Part shown: one piece after another, positions 47,101 through 56,061 of the stretch
Layout of the letters: each line of letters starts with the position of its first letter
Numbering within the stretch: the first letter of the stretch is position 1
Source: Candidatus Aenigmatarchaeota archaeon
Lineage (GTDB): Archaea > Aenigmatarchaeota > Aenigmatarchaeia > Aenigmatarchaeales > Aenigmatarchaeaceae
Length of the DNA stretch: 64,000 bases
Assembly: GCA_043802485.1 (NCBI GenBank)
Contig: JAZDKZ010000001.1
Coordinates: 75,257 to 139,256 of the forward strand
Direction: 5' to 3'
The notes under the pieces: generated by a model
What the model was told of the DNA's origin: nothing
The model's input: only the letters and a program-made list of their open reading frames with translations
The model's database searches: none
Translations under genes and position numbers: made by a program

Positions 47101-48168
47101 ATGAACAAAATAATAATAGCAACAATAATGGGAATGATTTTGATAGCTCCGCTCGCATTAGCAGACCAGGTTAACTTGGACATAAATGTCAACGGAACAG
47201 CCAACCTCAACATAACCGTTGACGCGGACGACACCTTGGCAAGGGAAATGATTACTGATATGCAGGAAGACGCCTATGGAACAATGACTGGTTCAGGGCC
47301 AAAAGACATGGTATTGGACGAGATAAAAGCAGGCGGGGGAAACCCAATCGTGACCACAGACGACATGGGCACGATATACAGTCTTTGCGAGGACCCGTTC
47401 CTGAAGCAGTACCTGAACAACATCGGCAACCTACCACCTTTGGAATTCGTCGACTATGTGAAGGCTTTGGGTTATGACGACGAGGCTCACATAACCCTCA
47501 TTTGGACCATATGCCAGCAGCTGTACATAACTCAGCAGGAAGCTGCCTGGTCTTCTGACTCTGGCGTGAAGCTGCCAGACATGGTGAGGTACATCGCAGG
47601 CGGTATAAGCTGGCTGATGGGCAAAGAGGTCAACCCGCCAGAAGGCTACAAGCAGATTGGAACAGCTTTGGACAGCTACTTTGCAAGCGACAGGGACGTG
47701 TGGATTCTGGTGAACAAGATAAGGGAGCTGGAAATAAGGCTGGAGACGCTCGAGAAGACCATGGAAAGGGTTGACACTGATACCTACTGCGACGCAAAGT
47801 TGGAGGCCATGGAAAAGTACAACCTAAGCTATGTGAAATGCGGCGAGAACTCTACCATCTATGCACAGGTCAATCCAGACATTTTCGGATATGACATCTT
47901 GGGTTATACCAATGATGACAGATGCGAGGAAGACTGGACCTGCACAGAATGGGGCGAATGCGAGGACGGAGAGATGAACAGAGTATGTACCGACGTTAAT
48001 CTGTGCGGCACAACAAAGGACATACCTTTGGAGAGGCAGGGCTGCGTGGTGATAGAGATGCTGGTTGAGAAGCAAGTCGAGCCTGAAACACCACAGTTCT
48101 CTTACGTGGGCGTGTCTGATGCTCTTTCAAACCTTCAAGGTTTCCTTTTCCCATTGTTTATTGTTTAG
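47101..48168 (+). CDS. Secreted protein with coiled coil and CxxxWxCxxWxxC module
   Basis: Signal peptide ending ALA; CEEDWTCTEWGEC. Confidence 0.75.
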   Translation: MNKIIIATIMGMILIAPLALADQVNLDINVNGTANLNITVDADDTLAREMITDMQEDAYGTMTGSGPKDMVLDEIKAGGGNPIVTTDDMGTIYSLCEDPFLKQYLNNIGNLPPLEFVDYVKALGYDDEAHITLIWTICQQLYITQQEAAWSSDSGVKLPDMVRYIAGGISWLMGKEVNPPEGYKQIGTALDSYFASDRDVWILVNKIRELEIRLETLEKTMERVDTDTYCDAKLEAMEKYNLSYVKCGENSTIYAQVNPDIFGYDILGYTNDDRCEEDWTCTEWGECEDGEMNRVCTDVNLCGTTKDIPLERQGCVVIEMLVEKQVEPETPQFSYVGVSDALSNLQGFLFPLFIV

Positions 48169-48346
48169 ATGGGGCAACTGAATTTTTTTGTAGCTTCTAT
48201 GTAATTCGGCTAGGTTTAAACGTGGGCTATTTATCCTTTGGACTACAGTAGGATTCGGCTTCTACAAGCCTTAGAATTTTTTAATTTCCTTTCTTTTTTC
48301 TTTTATTTTTATCAGAGATTTAAAGTTTTGTTTTCTATATAGGACT

Positions 48347-49135
48347 ATGAGAAGACTAACAGAGCAGATCACCGGTCTACCAGTTTATAAAAAACAACTT
48401 GGAAAGTTTACAATATTACACCCTGTAGACCAAATAAAGGGAATGATTATAAGCGCCAACACAGACTCCAGCACAGAGAGCCTTTTCCCGCATCTTTCAC
48501 AAGAGGATTTAACAAAAATTTTTGAAAGATCAAAAAATTACAGTGTCCTCAACTCAAAAATTATTAAGCATGATACGAGATTTACAGGCGTATATTCTGC
48601 AGAAATAGGCTCAATGTCAAACCAAGATATCAATATTCACATCCCCAACATAAGAAACGTTCGTAATCCAGAATTAGTAGAACATTACTGTGATTGTAAA
48701 AAGATATCAAAATTAAGATTCAAAACTGATATTAACTTCTTACCTATTTTGGATGATTGGAAACTATCATATGATAGAAAATACTATGCGGATTGGACTT
48801 GCCCACATATATGTGGTCTTGATTTCTATTTACGTAAAAAACTTAACGTTCAATCACTGGGAATAGAAGACAGGATAGAAAAGGGAGATTTTCATAATGA
48901 CTATGTAAAACTTCTAGAAAAATACCCCGAATATCCTGATAGTGTTTTTAATTTTGTCTTTACCCATTATACGCCTATCTACGTCAGTGCTGTGGACCAT
49001 ATTAATGAAATCAGAAGTTCTTATGGCTTGAAGGAATCATCATATCTTTCTGATCCAAGAATTAGAAATGTCATACCAAAACTAAACGTTAGTGAAGTAA
49101 AATTAAAAGAAATGGCTTCTCATATCGGTTTCTAA
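48347..49135 (+). CDS. Hypothetical protein with SWIM-like zinc finger
   Basis: YCDC...WTCPH (CxC...CxH); AT-rich. Confidence 0.5.
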   Translation: MRRLTEQITGLPVYKKQLGKFTILHPVDQIKGMIISANTDSSTESLFPHLSQEDLTKIFERSKNYSVLNSKIIKHDTRFTGVYSAEIGSMSNQDINIHIPNIRNVRNPELVEHYCDCKKISKLRFKTDINFLPILDDWKLSYDRKYYADWTCPHICGLDFYLRKKLNVQSLGIEDRIEKGDFHNDYVKLLEKYPEYPDSVFNFVFTHYTPIYVSAVDHINEIRSSYGLKESSYLSDPRIRNVIPKLNVSEVKLKEMASHIGF

Positions 49136-49193
49136 TTCATTTCCTGCTCTGAATAGGCATCAACTTTATATTATTGCTGTCAGAATTATAATA

Positions 49194-51305
49194 ATGAAAA
49201 AAGTTATTCTATTTTCCATATTGGCAATAGTCTTGCTGAGCTCAATAACACTGGCAATAACAGATGCGAAAGCGTCAAAAATTAAGTCTAATAGAGTCAT
49301 AGCGCGCACAAATTCTATGGCAGATAGGATGCTATTCAAAATGCAGGGGTGCAAAATAATTCACGAGCTGGAAGATGCGACTGCAATGAATTGCCCGGAG
49401 GCGATCGCTTCGAGATTCGAGCAGGATGAAGTTCTTTATATAATGGATTTACAAGCAGACCAACAAATAGGGGCGGACAAGGTCTGGGCTTTGGGCTATG
49501 ACGGTACTGGGGTAACGGTCGCGGTTTTGGATACCGGGGTTGATTATAGTCATGTAGAGCTTGCGGACAGCATAGCTGGAGGGATGAGCTTTGTCTCATA
49601 CACAACCAGCTATTCTGATGACCATGGGCATGGAACGCATGTCTCTGGAATAATAACCGCCAATGGTGTTGTGACCGGCGCAAAGGGAGTTGCTCCAGGA
49701 GCAAGGGTATGGATGGCAAAGGTTTGCGATTCTGGCGGTTCTTGCTATACAAGCGATATAGCAGCTGCGATTGATTATGTGGTTAATGGGCCTGATGGTG
49801 ACCCAAGCACAGAAGATGGACTAGCAAAAATAATGAGCATAAGCTTGGGCGGCGGAGGAACCTTTAGGGCAAATTGTGATAATGACTACTTGGCTTCAAA
49901 AGTCAACTGGGCAGTAAGCAAAGGTGTGACGGTTGTAGCAGCAGCAGGCAATACCGGAGGAAAAGTCAGCAGCCCTGGTTGCGCAAGTGGGGCAATAGCG
50001 GTCGGGGCGGTCGACAAAGGCGATGTAAGGCCGTCTTGGTCTGGCTCAGGCAGTGCGTTAGATATAGTTGCGCCAGGGGTGAGCATTTATTCCAGTCTGC
50101 CGGGCGGCACTTATGCGTCTTGGAGCGGTACTTCAATGGCAACACCGCATGTTTCAGCAACAGTGGCTTTGATGAGGCAGGTGAACCCGAGCTTGATGGA
50201 TACTCAAATCAAAAGCATGCTTTATTCGACAGCCAAAGATTTAGGAAGTGCAGGATGGGATAGATATTACGGCTGGGGAAGAGTCGATGCTTACAACGCA
50301 TACTTAGCTGTTAAACCAATAGAACCTGAATGCACAATTGATTCAGAATGTGATGACGGATTATACTGTAACGGAGCTGAGGTATGTGTTTCAGGAGTTT
50401 GCCAATCAGGAACAGCAATTGTTTGTTCTTATCTAGATGACCAATGCAATGTTGGAGTTTGCGATGAGGGTTCAGATAGTTGTGTAGCTCAACCAGTGTC
50501 TGATGGAACTTCATGTGATGATGGTTTGTTCTGTAATGTAGGAGAAACCTGCCAAAGCGGAGTTTGTACTGGAGGGAAAGCTTACAATTGTGGTGTTAAT
50601 GATTCTTGTTCCATTGCTTCTTGTGATGAATCATCAGATAGCTGTTCAAGTTCACCAGTAGCAGACGGAACAATTTGTGACGATAATTTGTTCTGTACAA
50701 TAAATGACGTTTGTACAGTTGGTGTTTGCGGTGGAGAACAAAGAAACTGTGACGATGTTATAGGTTGTACTGCTGATTCTTGCAACGAGGGAACAGGCTC
50801 TTGCGATAATACGCCGGACAATTCAATATGCGACAATGGTTTATTCTGCGATGGAACAGAAACCTGTAGTGCTTTAACAGGATGTCAACTTGGAAATCCA
50901 ATAACTTGTAATGATAATAATGAATGCACAATAGATAATTGTGTTGAAGGTTCAGGAACATGTGAAAACATCTGGCCGGCATGCGGTTTGGCGGATGAAT
51001 GCTGCGGACCAAGTTGCATAAATGACTCAGACTGCGCAACAGCTGTTAAATGCTGGAGCGGAGATTATCAATTTCTCTACAGGAATTCGAATCAGATGAA
51101 AAAATTCTGCAAGTGTGCAATGGGTACTTATGGATACAATAGTTACAGTTATAGTTGGGGAAGGAAAACAGTTTATTATTATTTAGACTCAGAAAACAAT
51201 GAGAACTGGGTTGTGAGTTCAAGGTCATCATATCTTCCAGTAAACAAAGTAGTTTGTGCAGACAATGTAACATACCCTACTGACGAAGATTACTACTATG
51301 GTTAA
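49194..51305 (+). CDS. S8 subtilase with Cys-rich C-terminal repeats
   Basis: Catalytic triad VLDTG, HGTHV, GTSMATPH; repeated CDDGL(F/Y)C units. Confidence 0.93.
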   Translation: MKKVILFSILAIVLLSSITLAITDAKASKIKSNRVIARTNSMADRMLFKMQGCKIIHELEDATAMNCPEAIASRFEQDEVLYIMDLQADQQIGADKVWALGYDGTGVTVAVLDTGVDYSHVELADSIAGGMSFVSYTTSYSDDHGHGTHVSGIITANGVVTGAKGVAPGARVWMAKVCDSGGSCYTSDIAAAIDYVVNGPDGDPSTEDGLAKIMSISLGGGGTFRANCDNDYLASKVNWAVSKGVTVVAAAGNTGGKVSSPGCASGAIAVGAVDKGDVRPSWSGSGSALDIVAPGVSIYSSLPGGTYASWSGTSMATPHVSATVALMRQVNPSLMDTQIKSMLYSTAKDLGSAGWDRYYGWGRVDAYNAYLAVKPIEPECTIDSECDDGLYCNGAEVCVSGVCQSGTAIVCSYLDDQCNVGVCDEGSDSCVAQPVSDGTSCDDGLFCNVGETCQSGVCTGGKAYNCGVNDSCSIASCDESSDSCSSSPVADGTICDDNLFCTINDVCTVGVCGGEQRNCDDVIGCTADSCNEGTGSCDNTPDNSICDNGLFCDGTETCSALTGCQLGNPITCNDNNECTIDNCVEGSGTCENIWPACGLADECCGPSCINDSDCATAVKCWSGDYQFLYRNSNQMKKFCKCAMGTYGYNSYSYSWGRKTVYYYLDSENNENWVVSSRSSYLPVNKVVCADNVTYPTDEDYYYG

Positions 51306-51314
51306 AAATTCTTT

Positions 51315-51740
51315 TTATTTCCTGCTATGTACGGGAAGGTGTTTCTTTACAAGCTCTTTTTTCATGGAAAAAATCTTGCTTATTATTTCCTTTCCCTGTT
51401 TGAATTCAACCTTTGTTCCGTAATAGTTTATGCTGTTCCTTATCCACCTCAGCCTGTCAAACTTCTCATAGTCAAAGCCCTTTAGCAGGTCTTTCAGCAG
51501 CTCTCCCGCGCAAGCGTGCGATAAAACCTTAAAGCCCCTGGAGACGCAGACCGCTTCCATAACTTCCCTTAAAGAATCGTAAGCGAGCGAAACATACGCG
51601 GAGATGTTTATGCTGTCGACCGGAGCCTTCCTTACCGCCGCCTCCTTTATGTCAGACATCTCCACCAGCGATTTGATGAGCCCTTTGTTTATTCTCGTCC
51701 GCTTTATCAGCCCGTTCTCAAAGCACTCTTTCAAATCCAT
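51315..51740 (-). CDS. HEPN-domain protein
   Basis: AY.S, SHAC, LRWIRNSINYYG; overlaps the upstream MNT gene. Confidence 0.8.
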   Translation of the reverse strand: MDLKECFENGLIKRTRINKGLIKSLVEMSDIKEAAVRKAPVDSINISAYVSLAYDSLREVMEAVCVSRGFKVLSHACAGELLKDLLKGFDYEKFDRLRWIRNSINYYGTKVEFKQGKEIISKIFSMKKELVKKHLPVHSRK

Positions 51741-52254
51741 CAACAGCTCCCTCCACGACTATGCCGTTCAGCGCGCTGTTGATAAGATGTTCGTTCTTCA
51801 GCTCTTTAACATTCCTCACCACAAAGAGTTGTATGGGCCTGTTGATACTCTTCTCAAATCTCTTGATGCCGGAAAAATCCTTTGCTTTTTCAGAAACAAT
51901 CAGCAGGTCAAAGTCGCTCGTCTTTGTGTCAAGGCCGCTTGCGGCAGAGCCGAAAAGCACGATGGCAGGCTTTAGGTAGAAACTGTTCAGGGCGTCCACT
52001 AGGCCTGACTCTCTCAGCTTCCTTATGTTGTAGTAGGTCTTTAGGTCCCTGTAGGAGGCGCTTTCCAAGTCCGACCTGTACAGGTTGAGGTTCCTCTCCT
52101 TCCTCTCCTTCAGAAGGCCGTCCTTTGCCATTCCTTTCAGTTCCTTGCTTGCCGTTGCCGGGGAAACGCCCAAAATCCTGGCGGCTTCCCTCACATTGAA
52201 CTCCCTGGCAGGGTCCTCAAAAAATATCTTCAGTATGTTTAATTTTATGAACAT
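51718..52254 (-). CDS. wHTH-fused minimal nucleotidyltransferase (MNT antitoxin)
   Basis: FNVREAARILGVSPATAS HTH; LFGS..SG....SDFDL. Confidence 0.88.
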   Translation of the reverse strand: MFIKLNILKIFFEDPAREFNVREAARILGVSPATASKELKGMAKDGLLKERKERNLNLYRSDLESASYRDLKTYYNIRKLRESGLVDALNSFYLKPAIVLFGSAASGLDTKTSDFDLLIVSEKAKDFSGIKRFEKSINRPIQLFVVRNVKELKNEHLINSALNGIVVEGAVDGFERVL

Positions 52255-52273
52255 ATGTTTAATTTTATGAACA
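52234..52273. promoter_or_regulatory. Tandem 20-bp repeat, putative operator pair of the MNT-HEPN operon
   Basis: (TATGTTTAATTTTATGAACA)x2, each containing TGTT-N10-AACA, spanning the MNT start codon. Confidence 0.7.
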
Positions 52274-52293
52274 ACTGTTTAAATAATTTACTG

Positions 52294-52383
52294 TCAGCGG
52301 GCCATGATCTTTATTATGTCCCCATTCTTCAGCTCATAGTCTGCGGAAACCCTTTTCTTCGTCCTTGCGTCAACAGCGCCGAT
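52294..52383 (-). pseudogene. Orphan duplicate of the last 29 codons of ychF (displaced 3' end)
   Basis: IGAVDARTKKRVSADYELKNGDIIKIMAR* versus ychF IGAIDARTGKRIGEDYVLKNNDIIKILTR*. Confidence 0.9.
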
Positions 52384-53787
52384 GATAATTACAACTATAG
52401 ACAGTGAATAAATTATTTGTATCCGAATGTTACAATAAAGAACAAGATGAAATTTAATCTTCTTAGCCTCCATAATCCTGCCATAGATAAAGCCCCGATC
52501 ACGGATAACTCTTAACGGAAAGAATTTAGCAAAAATAATCGACCGTATGATAGATGATGTTTGCAAAACAGAACATATAAGTAAATATATGCTTGGTATT
52601 AGAATAAGCAAGATTATCGGTTGTAATATTGATACAGTGTATAAAAGACTTTGTCACTGCAACGGATACGAATGGTATCCAATCCCTTTGATTAATGTTA
52701 TTTTGGATTTATGGAAAAATACAGGTAAAAATGAGGTAAGAGATGTAATTAAGACTATTAAACTATTAATGATGAAACTCAGTTTCTAAAAACAGGTCGT
52801 TCTTACACCTACAAAGCTGTAAAAGAAGTTTCCCCTTCTATAGCAAAATTGTGTGGTTCAATCGTAGCGGATGGCCATATTACTAATGACCGAGCTTCCA
52901 AGATAGTCATTATAGATAACTACCCGAAAGCCATTATCAAGTGTGCTAGATGGTTCAGGGAAGTTTTCGGTTTCCTACCGCGTGTTAAAAAGAGCAAAAC
53001 GTTTGATGCATGGTACTTTAGGGTAAGTAGCAAACTGGTAGCAAGAATGTTAAATGTTTTTTTCGAGATTCCCACAGGTAGAAAATCTAGTATAGTGAAA
53101 GAACCTAACTGCATTAAAGAATCACATTACAGAATAGACTTTGTTGAAGGTGTTCTGCTTATGGACGGTTGTGTAGAGACAGATAATATCATTTCCTTTG
53201 GTACGACAAGTGGAAGATTAGCTAAAGATGTCTTTGAAATCCTCAAACAAAACAATTTTTCTGTAAAGCTCTCTTACAAGCCTTCAAATAAAATATTCGT
53301 GATTAAAACAGGTGTTTTGAACAAAGAAGAAGCTAAAAAATGGACATCTGTTTTTGACAAAGATACAGAAAAAGGTAAAAAATTATATGAAATGAATTTT
53401 GGTTTCAGTGAAAGGGCGAGAAGTTTAAAAGAAGTTATAGAAGCCTTTGATTATTTCTACTCATACGGAAATTCTTATAAAATAAGCTTTAAAGAAGTGA
53501 TCTTTGCAATAAAAAGGTTAGAAAAAACTAGCAAGAAAGTTTTGGCTTCAGAATTACATATCAAGATAAGTACATTATACAAATACCTATGTCTGTTAGA
53601 AAAGGCTAAAATAATAAAAGTTAAGAGAACATATCATGGTTCACATATAGAAAACGAATATGCTTATAATCCGAATATGGAGGATTGGAGAGTTCCTTCA
53701 ACGGGTTAAAATTTTTATAATATCATTATTCTTCAAGACATAGTCTTCTCCGATCCTCTTGCCGGTTCTTGCGTCTATGGCACCTAT
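52384..53787. mobile_element. Putative free-standing homing-endonuclease element carrying a replacement ychF 3' end
   Basis: AT-rich segment bounded by two versions of the ychF tail and containing a LAGLIDADG gene; the boundary inside ychF is approximate. Confidence 0.7.
52447..53709 (+). pseudogene. Double-motif LAGLIDADG homing endonuclease with C-terminal wHTH, frameshifted in the 5' part
   Basis: AKLCGSIVADG and DFVEGVLLMDG motifs in ORF 52849-53709; ORF 52547-52789 joins it in frame if the ACTATTAA duplication (52754-52769) is removed. Confidence 0.8.
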
Positions 53788-54825
53788 GAACTTTTTGGCC
53801 AATTCTGTATGTATCTTTTCCGCAAATTCTCTGGCCGTTGTCCCATTAGGAACTAGATGTGCGTCTGGAAGAACGCTGCCAGCCTTGTCTGTTAGTTTGT
53901 TGGAATCCGCAACAGGATAGACAGCAATGCAGTCCATGAACTCGAACACCGCCTTGTTCAAACATTCTTGGACGCCGGTCGAGCCGTACTTTTCAAGAAC
54001 CAGCCTCCTTATCAGCTCCAGCCCACCTTTCTGCTGCTCGCTCAATTCCTTCTTGATCTCAAAGGTATTTTTGCCTGGAATGTAATTAATGAAATCCATC
54101 TTGGAGGCAGTCCTCAAAGTTATCTCTGCCGCCGCAGAGCATGGGACTATGGTCAGCTCCGGGAACCTTGTCCTGATTTTTTCCAGGTTCTCGGCAGAAG
54201 CAGGCAGGTCTATCTTGTTGGCTGCAATTAATATCGGCTTGGACAGCCTTCTGATCTCCTTTGCCAGCTCGTCTGGATTCAAGCCAACCTTGTTGATGGC
54301 CTTCTCAACATGCTCAGGCCTTATGCCCAGGCCTGACAGGGCTTCCGAAGCCTTCTGCTTGTCCCTTATCTTTACCAGGTTCTTTTTGATTATGCCTGCG
54401 AACCACATCTCAACCTCCTTCTCTAGGAAGCCTATGTCCTGCGAAGGGTCGTAGCTGTCAGTGGCATTGCCCTCTGCGTCCGTCTTGCCTGACGCATCAA
54501 CGATGTGTATCAGCATGTCCGCGTGTATGATGTCGCTGAGAAACTTGTTGCCAAGGCCCTTGCCCTCGTGCGCGCCAGGTATCAGGCCGGCGATGTCCCA
54601 TAATTTGACAGGAATCATCCTTGTGCCGTCAACACATTGGGAGTTCCTCGGGTTGCACTTGACCTTCAACTCTTGGCAAGGGCAGGGAACAGTGACATAG
54701 CAGATTCCCATGTTCGGCTTTATAGTAGTAAACGGACGGGAGGATATCGGCACGTCTATCATGGTCGAGGCCTTGAAGAAGCTTGACTTGCCTGACGACG
54801 GTTTGCCACAAACAGTTATTTCCAT
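53698..54825 (-). CDS. ychF: Obg-family YchF/Ola1-type NTPase with TGS domain
   Basis: GKPSSGKS, PFTTIKPN, DIAGL, GKGLGNKFL, ANKID, TGS domain (IHTEL). Confidence 0.93.
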   Translation of the reverse strand: MEITVCGKPSSGKSSFFKASTMIDVPISSRPFTTIKPNMGICYVTVPCPCQELKVKCNPRNSQCVDGTRMIPVKLWDIAGLIPGAHEGKGLGNKFLSDIIHADMLIHIVDASGKTDAEGNATDSYDPSQDIGFLEKEVEMWFAGIIKKNLVKIRDKQKASEALSGLGIRPEHVEKAINKVGLNPDELAKEIRRLSKPILIAANKIDLPASAENLEKIRTRFPELTIVPCSAAAEITLRTASKMDFINYIPGKNTFEIKKELSEQQKGGLELIRRLVLEKYGSTGVQECLNKAVFEFMDCIAVYPVADSNKLTDKAGSVLPDAHLVPNGTTAREFAEKIHTELAKKFIGAIDARTGKRIGEDYVLKNNDIIKILTR

Positions 54826-54925
54826 AGTATCACTTTACGAAAATTATCCTTATAGAAAAGTTGTAATCCAACACTTAAAAAACAGAATAAAAAAATTTAT
54901 ATATCAGGCTTTAGTTAATAATGTT

Positions 54926-55429
54926 ATGAAGTCTCCTATCTGCGAAGAGTGTCTGAAAGCAAACGTCCTGTGCGACACGTGCAACAAGAAGCTTTTGAAT
55001 AGCGGAACGAGCGCAGAGGAGATTGACGTTCTGAGGTTCATACACAAGCTGAGCGAGAAGAACGCCAGCCTAAAGGACATTAGGATTGTCCGGGTTCTCG
55101 ACCACAGCGCCCTGCTTATAATAACCGGAAGGGGCGACGCTGCCAAGCTGGTGGGCAAGGGCGGGGCGGTCGTGAAGATGATAGCAAAGAAATACAAAAA
55201 GTCCATAAGGATCCTGGAGCAGGCCTCCAACTTTAACGAGTTCGTGGAAGGGTTGGTTAATCCAGCCGACGTCAGCGGGATAAACACACTGTACAGGGAC
55301 AACGAGGAGATAACAAGGATAAGGGTGCCTGAATTTCAGAGGAACCACATGATACTAACGCCGGACGACTTTTCTCAGGTTGTCTCCTGCTTCTTCAAGA
55401 AAAAGACCGAGCTTATCTTCGATGTCTAG
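54926..55429 (+). CDS. Archaeal NusA-like KH-domain protein with N-terminal Cys cluster
   Basis: MKSPICEECLK...LCDTC, LVGKGG. Confidence 0.78.
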   Translation: MKSPICEECLKANVLCDTCNKKLLNSGTSAEEIDVLRFIHKLSEKNASLKDIRIVRVLDHSALLIITGRGDAAKLVGKGGAVVKMIAKKYKKSIRILEQASNFNEFVEGLVNPADVSGINTLYRDNEEITRIRVPEFQRNHMILTPDDFSQVVSCFFKKKTELIFDV

Positions 55430-56034
55430 ACGCTTTCAAGGCTTTTCTGCAGCCTCTTGTAGGGGAAGGTCAATGCTGTCATGCCTAGCAGTATGCCGTT
55501 GATTGCTCCTGCAAGGACGTCCAGCGGAAAGTGAGCTCCTGTGTAGATCCTGCTTATGCCGACCAGAACGGCTATTATGATTAGTGGAATTCTCAATTTC
55601 TTGAAGAAGGTTCCGAGCACAACTGCTCCGGAAAAGGCGCGCTGGGTGTGGCCGGACGGGAAGCTGGGCCCCAGTTCTATGTCAAAGTTCAGCAGTTTGA
55701 TGCCGGAAAGGCTTTGGCTCGGCCTTGGCCTGTAGAACAAGGACTTTAGGAGCGCCAGCGACAGCGAGTCTATGGCAAACGCTATCAGCAGGTACATGGA
55801 GACCTTCTTTTTCTTTTCCGTCCACATGAGGATGATTGCCAGCAGCCAGAATACTGTGGAACCCGTGAAGGTTATGAGGAAAAATGCCGAGTTCAAAAGG
55901 CTGTTCGTAAAAGAGTTGACGGCCAGAAAGATGAACTTGTCCAGAGCGATTACTTCTCCTAGAAACAGTATCGCCAATAAGGAGACTGCGGCGTAAAGAG
56001 CAACACCTACAGTTATTTTCTTAAAGAGTTCCAT
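55426..56034 (-). CDS. PAP2-family membrane phosphatase
   Basis: K.....RP, SFPSGH, SRIYTGAHFPLDV. Confidence 0.92.
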   Translation of the reverse strand: MELFKKITVGVALYAAVSLLAILFLGEVIALDKFIFLAVNSFTNSLLNSAFFLITFTGSTVFWLLAIILMWTEKKKKVSMYLLIAFAIDSLSLALLKSLFYRPRPSQSLSGIKLLNFDIELGPSFPSGHTQRAFSGAVVLGTFFKKLRIPLIIIAVLVGISRIYTGAHFPLDVLAGAINGILLGMTALTFPYKRLQKSLESV

Positions 56035-56061
56035 AAAAATAATAGATAGGAACGCAATATA

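Noticed and set aside
52234..52273. Mini-CRISPR
   Set aside because: The two copies abut with no spacer and no cas genes are present.
52294..52611. 105-aa minus-strand ORF in the track
   Set aside because: Only the last 29 codons resemble ychF; the rest is the antisense of the endonuclease 5' region and is not a credible gene.
52384..53787. Intein or bulge-helix-bulge intron explanation for the LAGLIDADG gene
   Set aside because: The endonuclease is antisense, has no intein splice motifs, and ychF has its own stop. Only a 6-bp ATAGAC/GTCTAT match links the ends, with no canonical BHB.
54710..54925. N-terminal extension of the NusA-like ORF
   Set aside because: Overlaps the ychF start on the opposite strand; the family motif begins at ATG 54926.
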